Positions 30,380 to 41,082 of a stretch of DNA of 64,000 bases are shown here, piece after piece. How positions within the stretch are numbered: position 1 is the stretch's first letter; each line of letters begins with the position of its first letter. Location: the NCBI GenBank assembly GCA_965223265.1, contig OZ244999.1, positions 2,400,001 through 2,464,000 of the forward strand. Reading direction: 5' to 3'. The position numbers and the translations under genes were made by a program. This DNA comes from Planctomycetota bacterium (lineage in GTDB: Bacteria; Planctomycetota; UBA8108; SXIK01). The notes under the pieces are model-generated. The model was not told the origin of the DNA and ran no database searches. It saw only the letters and a list, made by a program, of their open reading frames with translations.

Positions 30380-30620
30380 CGGGGTGGAAGCGGTGGGCAA
30401 TCCGACGTAAATCAGTGCGAGAACTCAGTCTCGTCAGCACTGCCGACTCTCAAGACATCGATCAGTTGTTTCATAATTGCTACAGTGTTCGAATACGGAC
30501 GACCGAATTTGACATCGCGGGTTTTTTGTTCGATTTGTGACGCTATCTTGTTGTCAAGAAGCCGAAAAGATGACCCTGGGACGGGTTCGACGGGCATTGG
30601 AGGGTAGAATGGAAGGATCG

Positions 30621-31497
30621 ATGAGACGGTGTTTTCTGTTCGCAAGAGCCGTGGGTGGTGGCGATTACGAGAGAAGAGTCGTTTCGGACTTGCAACTCGA
30701 CGACGTGTCTCAGGTCTCTTTCTCATCGTCCGGGAGTCGGCTTGCGGTGGCCACCGGCTTCCGGATTTGATGACTCCCTGTTGGTGGTCGAGGTGAAGTT
30801 GGGATTTCTTCGCCGTTCGGCGGCGGGAGGCATGCGTGTCGACGACTTTCGATTGGAAGGCGACTTGGCGTTCGATTTTTTAGGCGAATCTCCCTTCTTC
30901 TTGCTGGGAAGGAAGGAGTCTCCGGTCGAGATTTGGACGTACGAAACGTGGCCGCCGCACAAAGTCGCGGACATCGAGGTGAAGTGGGACTATTACTTCT
31001 TGTTCCCGTGGGAACTCAGGTCGAACGCTGACGACCATACACTCGTCATCGAAACTGAAGATACAATCCGGGCGTACGTGTTGAAGACGGGGACGACTGC
31101 GACCTCGGCGCTTGTCGCTGAGCGGAAGAGTTCAGGCATTCTATCTTGCTCGCTCTCCGACGATGGAATGACGCTGGACTATTTGACGGAGGACGGTGAG
31201 CTTCGAGAGTGGGAGCTCGCAACCAGCAAAGATCGGCTTGTGGCACAAGAATCTGTTTTCGACGACTTCTCGGATTCCTCGATCTTGGCGTCTTTGGAGA
31301 GCTTCATAGTGGTTTTCGAGACAAACCGCCGATGGTTTGTTGGTCGTCACCGAGCTGTGATCGTGGAGCGATCATCCGGCAGATCTATCAGCGACTCGGC
31401 GCTCCCGAGCCGAGTCACCGATGTTCAGGAGTTCGGCGACGGGCGACACATCGTTGTCGGAAGTGCTGACGGCAGCGCTTCAATTCTTCGCTTTTGA
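30621..31497 (+). pseudogene. Frameshifted WD40-like beta-propeller protein, possible orphan immunity gene
   Basis: The WD-like motif VSFSSSGSRLAVAT is in one frame (stop at 30770). CSLSDDG and DGRHIVVGSADGSASILRF are in another frame, so the shift lies near 30760. Confidence 0.55.
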
Positions 31498-31704
31498 ACA
31501 AGCAAGACGGTTGAAGTGGGGGGCTGGGTAACAGCTGACAATGCGGGCGATCGCCACAAGGTGTCTTTCGTTCTGCGAGGATCTGTGGATTGGTCAGACG
31601 AGAGAGTTGTCAGGTACTTCGCAAGATCCAGTATCGTATTCCAATCGACTTGGTCAGTTTTCATGGCATTCTGGGACGACTTTCTAAGTGTCGAAGATGA
31701 CTGA
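31498..31704 (+). pseudogene. Gene fragment, DUF2947-like
   Basis: VDWSDERVVRYF...STWSVFMAFWDDFLSVEDD resembles the W..F...W..FL..DD motif from memory; no proper start. Confidence 0.3.
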
Positions 31705-31710
31705 GACCGT

Positions 31711-32487
31711 ATGGATTGGAATGCAAAATTACGCGACGCGGTACAGGAATCGGACTACGGGGGCACGATCTGGGCAATCAGAGGCGGTGCGGACGCAAAC
31801 GTTCGGGACGGTGACGGCGACCCTATACTCGTTTCGGCGTTCCTCTCCGGCGACCTTGAGATTGTTCGACTCCTTCTTGACGCTGGTGCAGATCCTAATA
31901 CGCGAGATGGCAGCGGCTGTCCGCTCTTGAGATTCGTGCCGATTAAAGCCGCGGAGGTCCTCATCGAAGCAGGCGCCAATCCAAACGCGAGTGATTCCGT
32001 TGGCTCACTCTTGAACCACGCCGTTTTTAGCGGGGATGAAGCCCTCGTGAAGGTGCTCGTCAACGCAGGTGCTAGCGTGGTCGGTGGCGAAGAGGACCAA
32101 AGCTCACTTCACCTCGCAGCCGAGGCTGGATCGATCGAGATCGTTCGGATTCTGTTGACCGGTTCCGACGTTTGCCTGAACAGTTTCGATGAGCTTGACT
32201 ACACACCGCTTTGTTGGGCGGCGTACAACGGCGATGTCGAGATGGCGCGACTGTTCATCGAAGCAGGTGCCGACATCAACTGTCACAATGGACGTCGTGC
32301 CGGGGAGACAGCTTTGAACGTTGCCGTGGAGAACAGTAAGGTCGATGTCGTCGCGCTACTTCTTCAGTTCGGTGCTAGCATCTCGGTTCCCGGGTGGATG
32401 GGGAATACGGCAATGGACCGCGCCGAACGCTTGACTGGACCGAATGGCAAAAAGATTCGCGAAATGCTGGAGTCTCAATCTAGTTAG
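31711..32487 (+). CDS. Ankyrin repeat protein, candidate immunity protein
   Basis: Multiple G.TPL..A...G..E.V..LL..GAD.N repeats. Confidence 0.88.
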   Translation: MDWNAKLRDAVQESDYGGTIWAIRGGADANVRDGDGDPILVSAFLSGDLEIVRLLLDAGADPNTRDGSGCPLLRFVPIKAAEVLIEAGANPNASDSVGSLLNHAVFSGDEALVKVLVNAGASVVGGEEDQSSLHLAAEAGSIEIVRILLTGSDVCLNSFDELDYTPLCWAAYNGDVEMARLFIEAGADINCHNGRRAGETALNVAVENSKVDVVALLLQFGASISVPGWMGNTAMDRAERLTGPNGKKIREMLESQSS

Positions 32488-32623
32488 ACTTCGAGCGACT
32501 CCTCAGTGAAATCCAGTCCTCGCCGGAGCCCCAGGTTTGTTTTTGAACCGAAACTCCCAGACGAGGAAAAGCGGAGACCCAGGAGCGAAGATCGATTCCA
32601 CTTGAACCCCGAGCCAAGACAAT

Positions 32624-33219
32624 ATGCACGAAGTCGAATACGTTGATGGATTGGAGGGCCCGGTTCTGGCCCATACTTGGGATCTTGGCGGATTGGCCTC
32701 CGCGCTGCGTACTCGCTTGTGCGAGGCTGCTTCGTGGTGTCTTTTGGAATTGGGAGACGACCCGGACGATCCCGCGACTCTGTTTCGGTCGCCGGAATTG
32801 AGGCCGCCACAGTCGGCAAATTGACGAGATCATGGGAGTGCGTTCCCTTGATTCGTGAATGCGTTGAGTATATCGCTCACATGCGATCGCGATGTCTTCG
32901 TGACAGAAGAGTCGGGCAAGTGTCATTGGAGTTCGCATTACAGTCTGGTTGGATCCTAGGCCATGCCATTTCGCGTTGTACAGCTGACCACACAGCTCAC
33001 ACAGTTTCTCCTGTGTTCGACAGGTGGGACAACATTGGCTGGGATTGTTGGGTCATCTTTGGATCGACAACTGATCTCACGCCGCCACCGAGTGAATTCG
33101 ACTTCACACTGTCGTGGATGCCGAAAAAGATAGTCCCGCTGGTCGACGAGGCGATGTTTGGCCCTGATGATTGTCTCGTCTGGATTCCCCCGGAGCGCTT
33201 GTCGTTGACGTCGTCGTGA
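32624..33219 (+). pseudogene. Frameshifted paralog of 55977-56585 (immunity-like)
   Basis: Collinear with 55977-56585, with a 1-bp deletion (CCAC-AGTCGG vs CCACGAGTCGG) at about 32810. Confidence 0.8.
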
Positions 33220-33285
33220 ATTCGCTTTTTTTTTACGAATCGTCTTTCAACGCGCGAGCTGCAGGGATGTCCGACTTGATTGAAG

Positions 33286-33933
33286 TCATCCGGGTATGAA
33301 CGGATCACCCTTCAGCCCGTGCTTGAGCGACTCATAGGTGCGTTGCAGCCGCCAATGGACGGTACTTCGGCTGATCTCCCGCTCCCGTGCAAACTTTGTG
33401 CGCTGCTGGTTGCGGTAGAACGTGGCGTCGAGAAGATCCCGGTCCATAGTGTCGAGACGCTCCTTGATCGCACGCTGTAGATCTCCGACGACTTCGAACA
33501 GCTGGCACAGATGATCAGGCTCGTGAAGGTTCGACGCGGGCAGCACTTCTCGAATCTTTTCCGACTGGCTGTAGGAGACTTCCGGCGGCCGCGGGGAGCG
33601 TCGGGAAGCGAACTCGACGCGGCGTCGATTGAACACGACGTGGCGGACGATCGACAGAATCAAACGTCTCATTGTTTTTTCGCACTGTGGCAGATTCAAA
33701 TCGCGGCGCCAAGCGACGATCAACGTCTCCTGAAAGAGATCGTCCACTTCGCAGCGTTTCAGTAGCGACCGCGACGCGCAGCGTGCAATGACGCGTCGGA
33801 TTTCATCTTCCACCGCGAGGATCATCTCAATCGATCCCACGCTGCCGTTGTGCTCCCTCCGCGCTCGGCGTCGACTCGACGTCGGAGTGCCCATGTCTTC
33901 TCCCCATCGTGGCTTGCTTGGTTTGCCCGTCAT
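33286..33933 (-). CDS. ECF-type RNA polymerase sigma-70 factor
   Basis: Region 2 (VDDLFQETLIVAW...RRLILSIVRHVVFNRRR) and region 4 HTH (FAREREISRSTVHWRLQR); true start may be later. Confidence 0.8.
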   Translation of the reverse strand: MTGKPSKPRWGEDMGTPTSSRRRARREHNGSVGSIEMILAVEDEIRRVIARCASRSLLKRCEVDDLFQETLIVAWRRDLNLPQCEKTMRRLILSIVRHVVFNRRRVEFASRRSPRPPEVSYSQSEKIREVLPASNLHEPDHLCQLFEVVGDLQRAIKERLDTMDRDLLDATFYRNQQRTKFAREREISRSTVHWRLQRTYESLKHGLKGDPFIPG

Positions 33934-34165
33934 TCGATCCGTCGCTTGAGCACAATCTGCTCACTCGATCGACATCGAATCACCCAAAACGAAACGATAT
34001 GTTCGCTACCGCAGCGCGACTCCACCAGGAAACGAACGCTGCTGTTCAAGCGTGCCCACAGCTCGAGTTGATGGTTCCTCGTTCTCGATTTCACTAACCG
34101 TAGGGTGTGTCTGTGCGCTTCGCAAAAAAAAAATTGGAGGAGAATTTTTTCAAAAAACAGTGCGA

Positions 34166-34186
34166 CACATTTCGTATTTCGTACCT
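34166..34186 (+). promoter_or_regulatory. Conserved bipartite motif CACAT-N9-CGTACCT upstream of the Gsp operon (putative ECF promoter)
   Basis: Same elements and spacing as the three copies at 46792, 47020 and 47153; A/T tracts upstream. Confidence 0.55.
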
Positions 34187-34401
34187 AGGAAAAGAGAGGG
34201 GAGAACAAAATTTCGGCTGCACAAGCATTAGCAGTTCAACGACCCACGGATTGTGAGTGGCATAGTCTATAATGCGTACGAGCGGCGGCTTCGTCGAGAT
34301 TGGTCTTTTTCGTAGCTGCTGATGGAGAAAGCGTTTCGATTGTATGAAATGACTCGGATTCAAGAGTTGCGGCACAGAGAATCAAGAACTGGAAACCCAT
34401 A

Positions 34402-36951
34402 GTGAGTCAACCATTCGTAGTTCATGATTTCAGGGCGCTCGCCATCTCTACCCGCGTCCTTCGCAAAGCTCCGGTGCAGAGCACGACCCCAAGTGAAGGC
34501 GGCATACGGGCGGCTCTACGATCCGCTAATGGGGCGAGGGTTGCGCCAATGGTGGCGTCGCATCCGGCAGCGCTGCGCTCGCAGCGACGCTGCTGCAGTC
34601 CGGTGCGCGGTCTCGTGATCGCCGCGGTCGCCGCCTTCGCCGTCGGGTATCCGAATACCTCTGTCCCTCAGGAGACGGACAGGGAACCAGAAGTTTCCGC
34701 CTCACCTGAGGATACGATCCAGCTCAATCTGCCCGGCGAAATTGAGCTCAAAGTCTTCGTCGACCTCGTGAGTCAGCAGCTCGGAGTGAGGATCCTCCAC
34801 GACGAACGTCTGAGCGGCAAGCGTCTGACGGTCAAAGCGCCGACCGACATCTCTAAGTCGTCGCTGCGCGGCATCTTGGAGAGTGCGCTGCGGATGAAGA
34901 ACCTCGCGTTAGTGGAGGCGGGGGAGCCCGGTTGGCTGAAGATCGTCGAGGCGCAGAACCTCGCAGCGGTTTCGAGTCCCGCGTCGAAGATGCCGGCAGA
35001 TCTCAGCACCGCCAACCCAGTGCGTGCTGTGACGCAGGTCTTTCAGCTCCGGCATGTTGCACCGTCCCGCGTGCAACAGGTGATCAAGCCATTCCTCTCA
35101 GACCGCGGCGACAACGCCATCAGCGTTGAGGAGCAGCGCATTCTCATCGTCACGGACTACGCCGGCAACATGAACCGCATCCAGGAGCTCGTCGATCTCG
35201 TCGATCGGAAGGCTCACACGGTCAGCGTCACCTTCATCGATGTCCAGCACCAAGCAGCGGCCGATGTTGCTGCAAATCTGACGGAAATCCTCGACGCCCA
35301 GCACAAAGCGGAAGGAGCGAGCGGCAAGCGGGAGGGCCTCGAGATTCTCAATCTGGAGCGCACGAATCAACTGATCGTGATTGCCGCACCGCCGATTCTG
35401 CAAGAGGTCGAGAGGCTTGCCAAGCAGGTCGACGTTCCGCTCGGACTTGAGACCAAGGTTTACCGATTCACGAGTGCCTCGGCAAAAGTCGTCGACCAGT
35501 TGCTGCGGAGCTTGGTGGCGCCACAGGCGCGCGATCGGTTGTATCAGGCCGCCGTCAACGAGCCCGCCAACAGTCTCGTCGTGACAACGACACCAGAGAT
35601 TCACGCACGTGTCGAGTCGATCAAGTCGAATCTGGATACGCAGCTGGCGAAGCGTGAGCGTTCGGTTCGTTTCTATAAACTCGCGAACGCGACAGCGGCA
35701 GAAGTTCTCTTTGCGATTCAAGCGATCGAAGGCGTCCAATCAAATGGAGTCGGGGGCGGACCCGGCTCAGGCCTCGGTCCCGGGAGTTCCTCGAGGCCAT
35801 CTCTGGATCCTATTGCTACGTCGCCAGTCGATCTGCCCGAAGGATTGACTCCCGAGCCACAAGTCCCCGCTGGACCGCCGTCCGATCAGGAAGCTGCGCC
35901 GCCGGACGCCGCGCCCCCGGGCGGCGCGCCGCTCGAGGAGACCTCTCTGCCGAATCGCACCGCGTCGTCGAGCCGTAGCGCGGTGGGCAGGTCAGGAAGT
36001 GCCCAAGGAGTCACCACCTCCCGCGGCCGGATCATCGCCGAGCCGAACACGAACAGCATTGTCGTCGTCGCTACGGACGAGGATCAAGAGATGTACGCAG
36101 AGCTGATCCGCAAGCTCGATCGTCGTCGTCCTCAGGTGCTCGTGGAGGTGACCCTCGTTACGCTCGACACGAGCGGCAGTTTCTCGCTCGGAGTGGAGCT
36201 CTCGCACGCCGACGAAGACGACGATGGGGACCCACGCGTTCTCAACTTCAGTTCGTTCGGACTGAGCGAAGTAGATCCAGCGACTGGACGACTGACGCTC
36301 GCGCCCGGCCTTGGATTCAATGGCGCGCTCATCAGCGAGGACATCGCCGACGGCGTCGTCCGCGCCTTGGCGACGAGCGGTCGGGCAAAAGTCACCTCGG
36401 CACCCAAGATCCTCGTCAACGACAACGCCTCAGGAACTCTCAATAGCGTCCAAGACGCGCCTTTTACCAGCGTCAACGCTTCGAATACGGTCGCGACGAC
36501 GAGCTTCGGCGGCTTTGAAAACGCCGGTACGACCATTTCGGTCACACCCCACATCTCCGAAGGAGAACACGTCAGGCTCGAGTACTCGATCACTCTGAGC
36601 ACCTTCACCGGAGATTCGGGTGACGGTATTCCGCCACCTCGGCAACGCAACGAAGTCGAGAGCGAAGTGACGATTCCCGATGGCCACACGATCGTCGTCG
36701 GTGGGCTGCACCGCTCTGATTTCAGTGAAACCATCACGAAGGTGCCAATCCTCGGCGACATCCCGATCCTTGGTTGGCTCTTCAGCAACCGATCGAAGAA
36801 CGACACCGCGTCGACGCTGTTTGTATTCATTCGGCCGGTGATCTTACGGCAAGACCAGTTCGAAGATCTGAAGTTCATTTCGTCCCTCGATCTCAGAGAA
36901 GCCGGAGTGGCGTCGAACTATCCTGCCAGTGAGCCAGTGCTGATCGATTGA
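34402..36951 (+). CDS. gspD: Type II secretion secretin
   Basis: N0 and N domains, LDRRRPQVLVEV, SAPKILVNDN, VTIPDGHTIVVGGL, KVPILGDIPILGWLF and VFIRPVI; real start probably downstream of 34402. Confidence 0.93.
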   Translation: MSQPFVVHDFRALAISTRVLRKAPVQSTTPSEGGIRAALRSANGARVAPMVASHPAALRSQRRCCSPVRGLVIAAVAAFAVGYPNTSVPQETDREPEVSASPEDTIQLNLPGEIELKVFVDLVSQQLGVRILHDERLSGKRLTVKAPTDISKSSLRGILESALRMKNLALVEAGEPGWLKIVEAQNLAAVSSPASKMPADLSTANPVRAVTQVFQLRHVAPSRVQQVIKPFLSDRGDNAISVEEQRILIVTDYAGNMNRIQELVDLVDRKAHTVSVTFIDVQHQAAADVAANLTEILDAQHKAEGASGKREGLEILNLERTNQLIVIAAPPILQEVERLAKQVDVPLGLETKVYRFTSASAKVVDQLLRSLVAPQARDRLYQAAVNEPANSLVVTTTPEIHARVESIKSNLDTQLAKRERSVRFYKLANATAAEVLFAIQAIEGVQSNGVGGGPGSGLGPGSSSRPSLDPIATSPVDLPEGLTPEPQVPAGPPSDQEAAPPDAAPPGGAPLEETSLPNRTASSSRSAVGRSGSAQGVTTSRGRIIAEPNTNSIVVVATDEDQEMYAELIRKLDRRRPQVLVEVTLVTLDTSGSFSLGVELSHADEDDDGDPRVLNFSSFGLSEVDPATGRLTLAPGLGFNGALISEDIADGVVRALATSGRAKVTSAPKILVNDNASGTLNSVQDAPFTSVNASNTVATTSFGGFENAGTTISVTPHISEGEHVRLEYSITLSTFTGDSGDGIPPPRQRNEVESEVTIPDGHTIVVGGLHRSDFSETITKVPILGDIPILGWLFSNRSKNDTASTLFVFIRPVILRQDQFEDLKFISSLDLREAGVASNYPASEPVLID

Positions 36952-36997
36952 ACGAAGGTCAACGGATGACACCAATGCACCTCAAGAGAGAGATCAC

Positions 36998-38869
36998 TTG
37001 CATGGGGCGATGGGTTCCATGAAGCACGAGCCAACGAAGCATGCCCGTTCGCCCCACGACGTGCGGTTGATCGCCCCGCCACGCTGCGACGTTGAGCGCC
37101 GCCGCGAACGTGCCGACATCATTGACCGCACGGCAGAGCTAGACTCGGTCGATCAAGCGGAGAATATAGGCTCCGCGTCGTCGACTCCATCGCCCGACTC
37201 GGACGCCGACTCCACGCCAGCGCGAGAGATCCCTGGTCTGCGCGCTGTCAATTCAAGCCTTGGCGAGCATGAGCTGACATCGATCGCTGATTCCGCGGTG
37301 TCCTTCTCGCGCTGGCAAGACGTCGCCGAGCGTCTTGGCGTCTCGAGTATTGATGACGTTTCGAATTGCGTCGCCGACCCACGATTTGTTAGCCGCATCT
37401 CCATCCAGTACGCGCGGCAGCACGGTGTTCTTGGAGTCGATCGCCAAGGCCAGGGCTTGACGCTTCTCACGGCGACGCTCGAAGACTTCGACGTCTTCGA
37501 CGTGCTGGCTCGTTACCTTGGCGTCACCGTGACGCCATGCCTCGCACCGCGGCGCGCCATCGAGCGAGCCATCAATCAAGCCTACGAGCAGAAGAGCGGA
37601 GAGACAGAGGAACTCATCGGCACCATCGACCGCGACTCCGTGCTCGGTGAGCTGAATCAAGTGACGACGCGCGAAGACTTGCTCGAAACTTCAAGTCGCG
37701 CTCCCGTGATCAAGCTCGTGAACCTTCTGCTCTTCGAGGCGGTCAAGACTTACGCTTCGGACGTTCATATTCAGCCCTACGAAGACACGCTCGCTGTCCG
37801 CATGCGGATCGATGGCGTTCTCTTCGACATGTTCACGGTGCCAAAGGCGATTCAAGAGGAGGTCGCTAGTCGCGTCAAGATCCTCGGCAACATGAACATT
37901 GCAGAGAAGAGACTGCCGCAAGACGGCCGGGCGACGGTCAAAGTCGGTGAACGCGTCATCGATTTGCGTCTGTCATCAGTGCCGACGAGTCATGGTGAAC
38001 GCATTGTCATTCGGCTACTCGATAAGAGCGCGCGGCTCTACACGCTCGAGGAGATCGGCATGGACGCCGACACGCTCACCGCGTTTCGCGAACTTATTCG
38101 CGTCGAGCACGGGCTCGTGCTCGTGACCGGACCGACTGGTAGCGGCAAATCGACGACGCTCTACGCCGCGCTCACTGAGATCAACAACCGTCAGGGCAAC
38201 ATTATCACGCTCGAAGATCCGATCGAGTACCAGCTCGAGGGCATCAGCCAGATTCAAATTGCATCCAAAAAGGGGATGACGTTTGCGAGTGGACTCCGGA
38301 GCGTTCTGCGGCAAGATCCCGACATCATCATGGTCGGGGAAATCCGCGACGAAGAGACCGCCGTCATGGCGATCCAGTCAGCGCTCACAGGGCATCTCGT
38401 CTTCTCCACGCTGCACACAAACGATGCGGCGAGTGCGGTGACCCGGCTCCTTGACCTTGGGATCGAGCCCTACCTCGTGGCCAGCTCCGTGATCGGAGTG
38501 CTCGCGCAGCGACTCGTACGGCGCATCTGTCCGAACTGCGCCGAAGCGTACGCGCCCTCGCGTCGCGAGAAGCAGCAGTTGGAGCTGACCGCCGAAGCGG
38601 TGAGCGGGGCCCGCGTGCAGGTGGGGCGTGGTTGTCGTCGGTGTCGCACGACCGGCTACCAAGGGCGCGTGGGGCTCTTTGAGCTTCTTCCCACCAGCGC
38701 TCGCATCCGTGAGCTCGTGAGCGCCCGCGCCACGGCAGCGGAGATCAAGGACGCCGCACTCGACGCCGGCATGCGCGCGCTCCGCGACGACGGTGTTGAG
38801 AAGGTTCTCCGCGGCGCCACGACGATTGAAGAGGTGAAGCGCGTCACCATCGCGAGAAGAGCATCGTAA
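36998..38869 (+). CDS. gspE: Type II secretion ATPase
   Basis: ASDVHIQP, NIAEKRLPQDGR, Walker A GPTGSGKST, LRQDPDIIMVGEIRD, TGHLVFSTLHTN, and CPNC/CRRC Zn motif. Confidence 0.96.
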   Translation: MHGAMGSMKHEPTKHARSPHDVRLIAPPRCDVERRRERADIIDRTAELDSVDQAENIGSASSTPSPDSDADSTPAREIPGLRAVNSSLGEHELTSIADSAVSFSRWQDVAERLGVSSIDDVSNCVADPRFVSRISIQYARQHGVLGVDRQGQGLTLLTATLEDFDVFDVLARYLGVTVTPCLAPRRAIERAINQAYEQKSGETEELIGTIDRDSVLGELNQVTTREDLLETSSRAPVIKLVNLLLFEAVKTYASDVHIQPYEDTLAVRMRIDGVLFDMFTVPKAIQEEVASRVKILGNMNIAEKRLPQDGRATVKVGERVIDLRLSSVPTSHGERIVIRLLDKSARLYTLEEIGMDADTLTAFRELIRVEHGLVLVTGPTGSGKSTTLYAALTEINNRQGNIITLEDPIEYQLEGISQIQIASKKGMTFASGLRSVLRQDPDIIMVGEIRDEETAVMAIQSALTGHLVFSTLHTNDAASAVTRLLDLGIEPYLVASSVIGVLAQRLVRRICPNCAEAYAPSRREKQQLELTAEAVSGARVQVGRGCRRCRTTGYQGRVGLFELLPTSARIRELVSARATAAEIKDAALDAGMRALRDDGVEKVLRGATTIEEVKRVTIARRAS

Positions 38870-38904
38870 ACGATTGGGATCGACAACCGACCGAGGCACG
38901 AGAC

Positions 38905-40107
38905 ATGGCCCTCTTTCATTACAGAGCTTTCGACGGCGGCATGGTCGAGGTCAGCGGCACGATCGTCGCCGACTCGCCACGCCATGCTCGGGACACCCTC
39001 CGCGGCAAGGGGTTTCTCGTCGAGCATGTCGAGCCACTCCGCGAGGTGCGGCGACGGGCCGCGAAGCTCGTCTCGCGAGCTCCAAACTCAGCCCGTCTGA
39101 CAGAGTTGATTCGGGAGCTTTCGACCCTCCTGGCGGTCGACATCCCGCTTCTCCAAGCTCTCGACACTGTGATTCAGCAGCAGCGCGGCCACTTTCGTGA
39201 CGTGCTCCTTCGCCTACGCGAGCGCGTTGCGGGCGGCGCCAGCTTAGCCGAGAGCATGCGAGCGGAACCGATCGTCTTTGACGACCTCACCGTCAATATC
39301 ACCGAGGTCGGCGAACGATCCGGGACGCTCGACGAGGTCCTCACGCGCCTCGCGGAATTCAAGGAGCGCGCGGGCATGCTCAAAGGCCGGATCGGGAACG
39401 CACTCATCTATCCAGCGATCGTTCTCTCTATGGCTTTTCTTATCGCTCTGCTCCTCATGACGTTCGTCGTCCCAAATATCCTCGAGCCGCTCGTCGAAGC
39501 CGGCGGCGAGTTACCGCTCGTCACGGAGGTGGTGAAGAGCATGAGCGATGTTTTGATCAACTACTGGTGGCTGTTGGTCGTGGCGGGCGGCTGGGCCGCG
39601 GCGACCGTCGTCTTCTTTCTTCGCAGCGAACGTGGCCGTCTTCTCTGGCACCGCCTGCAGCTTCGATTGCCAATGATCGGCGGCATGGTGCGGCGCCAGT
39701 CGATGGTTAGGATCGGCATGATCATCGCGACGCTCATGCGGAGCGGCATCGCATTTCTTGAGGCACTGCAGATCGCCAAGCGGTCGACCTCAAACCGGGT
39801 CATGCGAGCGGCTCTGGACGACTGTGAGACGGCGGTGACCGCGGGCCGTGACATCTCCGAAGCGCTCGACAAAACGGGGGCGTTTTCACCGACGGTCGTG
39901 CAGGTGTTCGCGGTGGGGCAGCAGTCCGGTCGACTGGAAGCGATGCTCGAGCGTCTCGCAGTCGACTATGACCAACAGCTTCAGAGTCAAGCGCAGAGAC
40001 TCACGGCGCTCCTCGAGCCGGTGATGATTCTGATCCTCGCGTTCGTGGTTGGGTTCATCGCGTTTGCCACCATCCTTCCAATTCTGGAGGCAGGAAATGT
40101 TTTATGA
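38905..40107 (+). CDS. gspF: Type II secretion inner-membrane platform protein
   Basis: Two T2SSF domains (GERSGTL...ALIYP; GQQSGRL...LLEP) with TM helices. Confidence 0.95.
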   Translation: MALFHYRAFDGGMVEVSGTIVADSPRHARDTLRGKGFLVEHVEPLREVRRRAAKLVSRAPNSARLTELIRELSTLLAVDIPLLQALDTVIQQQRGHFRDVLLRLRERVAGGASLAESMRAEPIVFDDLTVNITEVGERSGTLDEVLTRLAEFKERAGMLKGRIGNALIYPAIVLSMAFLIALLLMTFVVPNILEPLVEAGGELPLVTEVVKSMSDVLINYWWLLVVAGGWAAATVVFFLRSERGRLLWHRLQLRLPMIGGMVRRQSMVRIGMIIATLMRSGIAFLEALQIAKRSTSNRVMRAALDDCETAVTAGRDISEALDKTGAFSPTVVQVFAVGQQSGRLEAMLERLAVDYDQQLQSQAQRLTALLEPVMILILAFVVGFIAFATILPILEAGNVL

Positions 40108-40555
40108 CAGCACCGTCCATCGTCGCCGGCGAGTGCTCGAGATTGGCGATGATTCGGGTCGTCGGCCGGCCGGCAGTGGCTTCTCTCTCATCGAGGTCAT
40201 GGTCGTCTTGGTGATCATCGCGCTTCTTGCCAGCATCGTTGGCATCAATGTCAAAAGTCACATCGACCGGGGCCGCCAGAAGAAGGCGCGCGCCGATATC
40301 TCGGTTTTGACCACGCAAGTCAAGCTCTTCTACGCCAACACTGGACGTTATCCCACGGCGAGCGAAGGGCTGCAGGTGCTTGTTCCGGAATACGTCGAGA
40401 CGCTGTCGAGAGATCCGTGGCGGAACGACTATCAGTACGAAATCCCTGGCCGCGGCGGCGCGTTCGACGTGATCTGCTTCGGCGCCGATGGACGTGAGGG
40501 CGGCGAGGAAAGCGCTCAGGACATCACCAACTGGGACCTCGACGAAGAGGGGTAG
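40097..40555 (+). CDS. gspG: Major pseudopilin
   Basis: G|FSLIEVMVVLVII, GRYPT..GL..L, DPWRNDYQY..PG and FGADGREGG...DI motifs; ATG 40097 has a GGAGG RBS. Confidence 0.93.
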   Translation: MFYDSTVHRRRRVLEIGDDSGRRPAGSGFSLIEVMVVLVIIALLASIVGINVKSHIDRGRQKKARADISVLTTQVKLFYANTGRYPTASEGLQVLVPEYVETLSRDPWRNDYQYEIPGRGGAFDVICFGADGREGGEESAQDITNWDLDEEG

Positions 40556-40563
40556 CTGCTGAC

Positions 40564-41082
40564 GTGAACGAACGAGGTTTTACTTTGATCGAAGTCGTCG
40601 CCGTGCTTGTTCTCACGGCGCTCCTCGCCGGCGGTGTCGCCGTCTCACTTCGCAGGGCGCTGTACAGCGTTCAGCTCCGAGACGTCATTGGTCGTCTTGT
40701 GGCGTTTGATGTCGAGCTGCGAGCGGCGGGCGTCGCGACGGGCGAACCGCAGGCGCTGCGGTACTCACTCGACGAGAACCGCGTGGCGCGTGTTCGTGAT
40801 CGTGACCGCGGCTCACGCGCGACTGTCGAGACGTACGCGTTGCCGCAGCGCTTCGACCTGCGGAAAGTGTGGCTCTCGGGTCACGGCGAGCGTCCGGTCA
40901 TCAGCGGCACCGAGACCATCGGAAGCTCGGCCGACGGACAGACGCCGTCCTATGCGGTCTCTGTCGCGGACGGCACCACAGGGCAGACGGCGACGCTCGT
41001 GTTCTCAGGGCTTTCAGGGCAAATCACAAGGCTGGACGATGAACAAAAGATCAGCGAGATCTTTCGACTCTTGGCGCGGTAG
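40564..41082 (+). CDS. Minor pseudopilin (GspH-like)
   Basis: RG|FTLIEVVAVLVL prepilin motif; position after gspG. Confidence 0.8.
   Translation: MNERGFTLIEVVAVLVLTALLAGGVAVSLRRALYSVQLRDVIGRLVAFDVELRAAGVATGEPQALRYSLDENRVARVRDRDRGSRATVETYALPQRFDLRKVWLSGHGERPVISGTETIGSSADGQTPSYAVSVADGTTGQTATLVFSGLSGQITRLDDEQKISEIFRLLAR

Noticed and set aside
30410-33219. Integron cassette array
   Set aside because: No recurring attC-like RYYYAAC...GTTRRRY palindromes between the ORFs, and no integrase.
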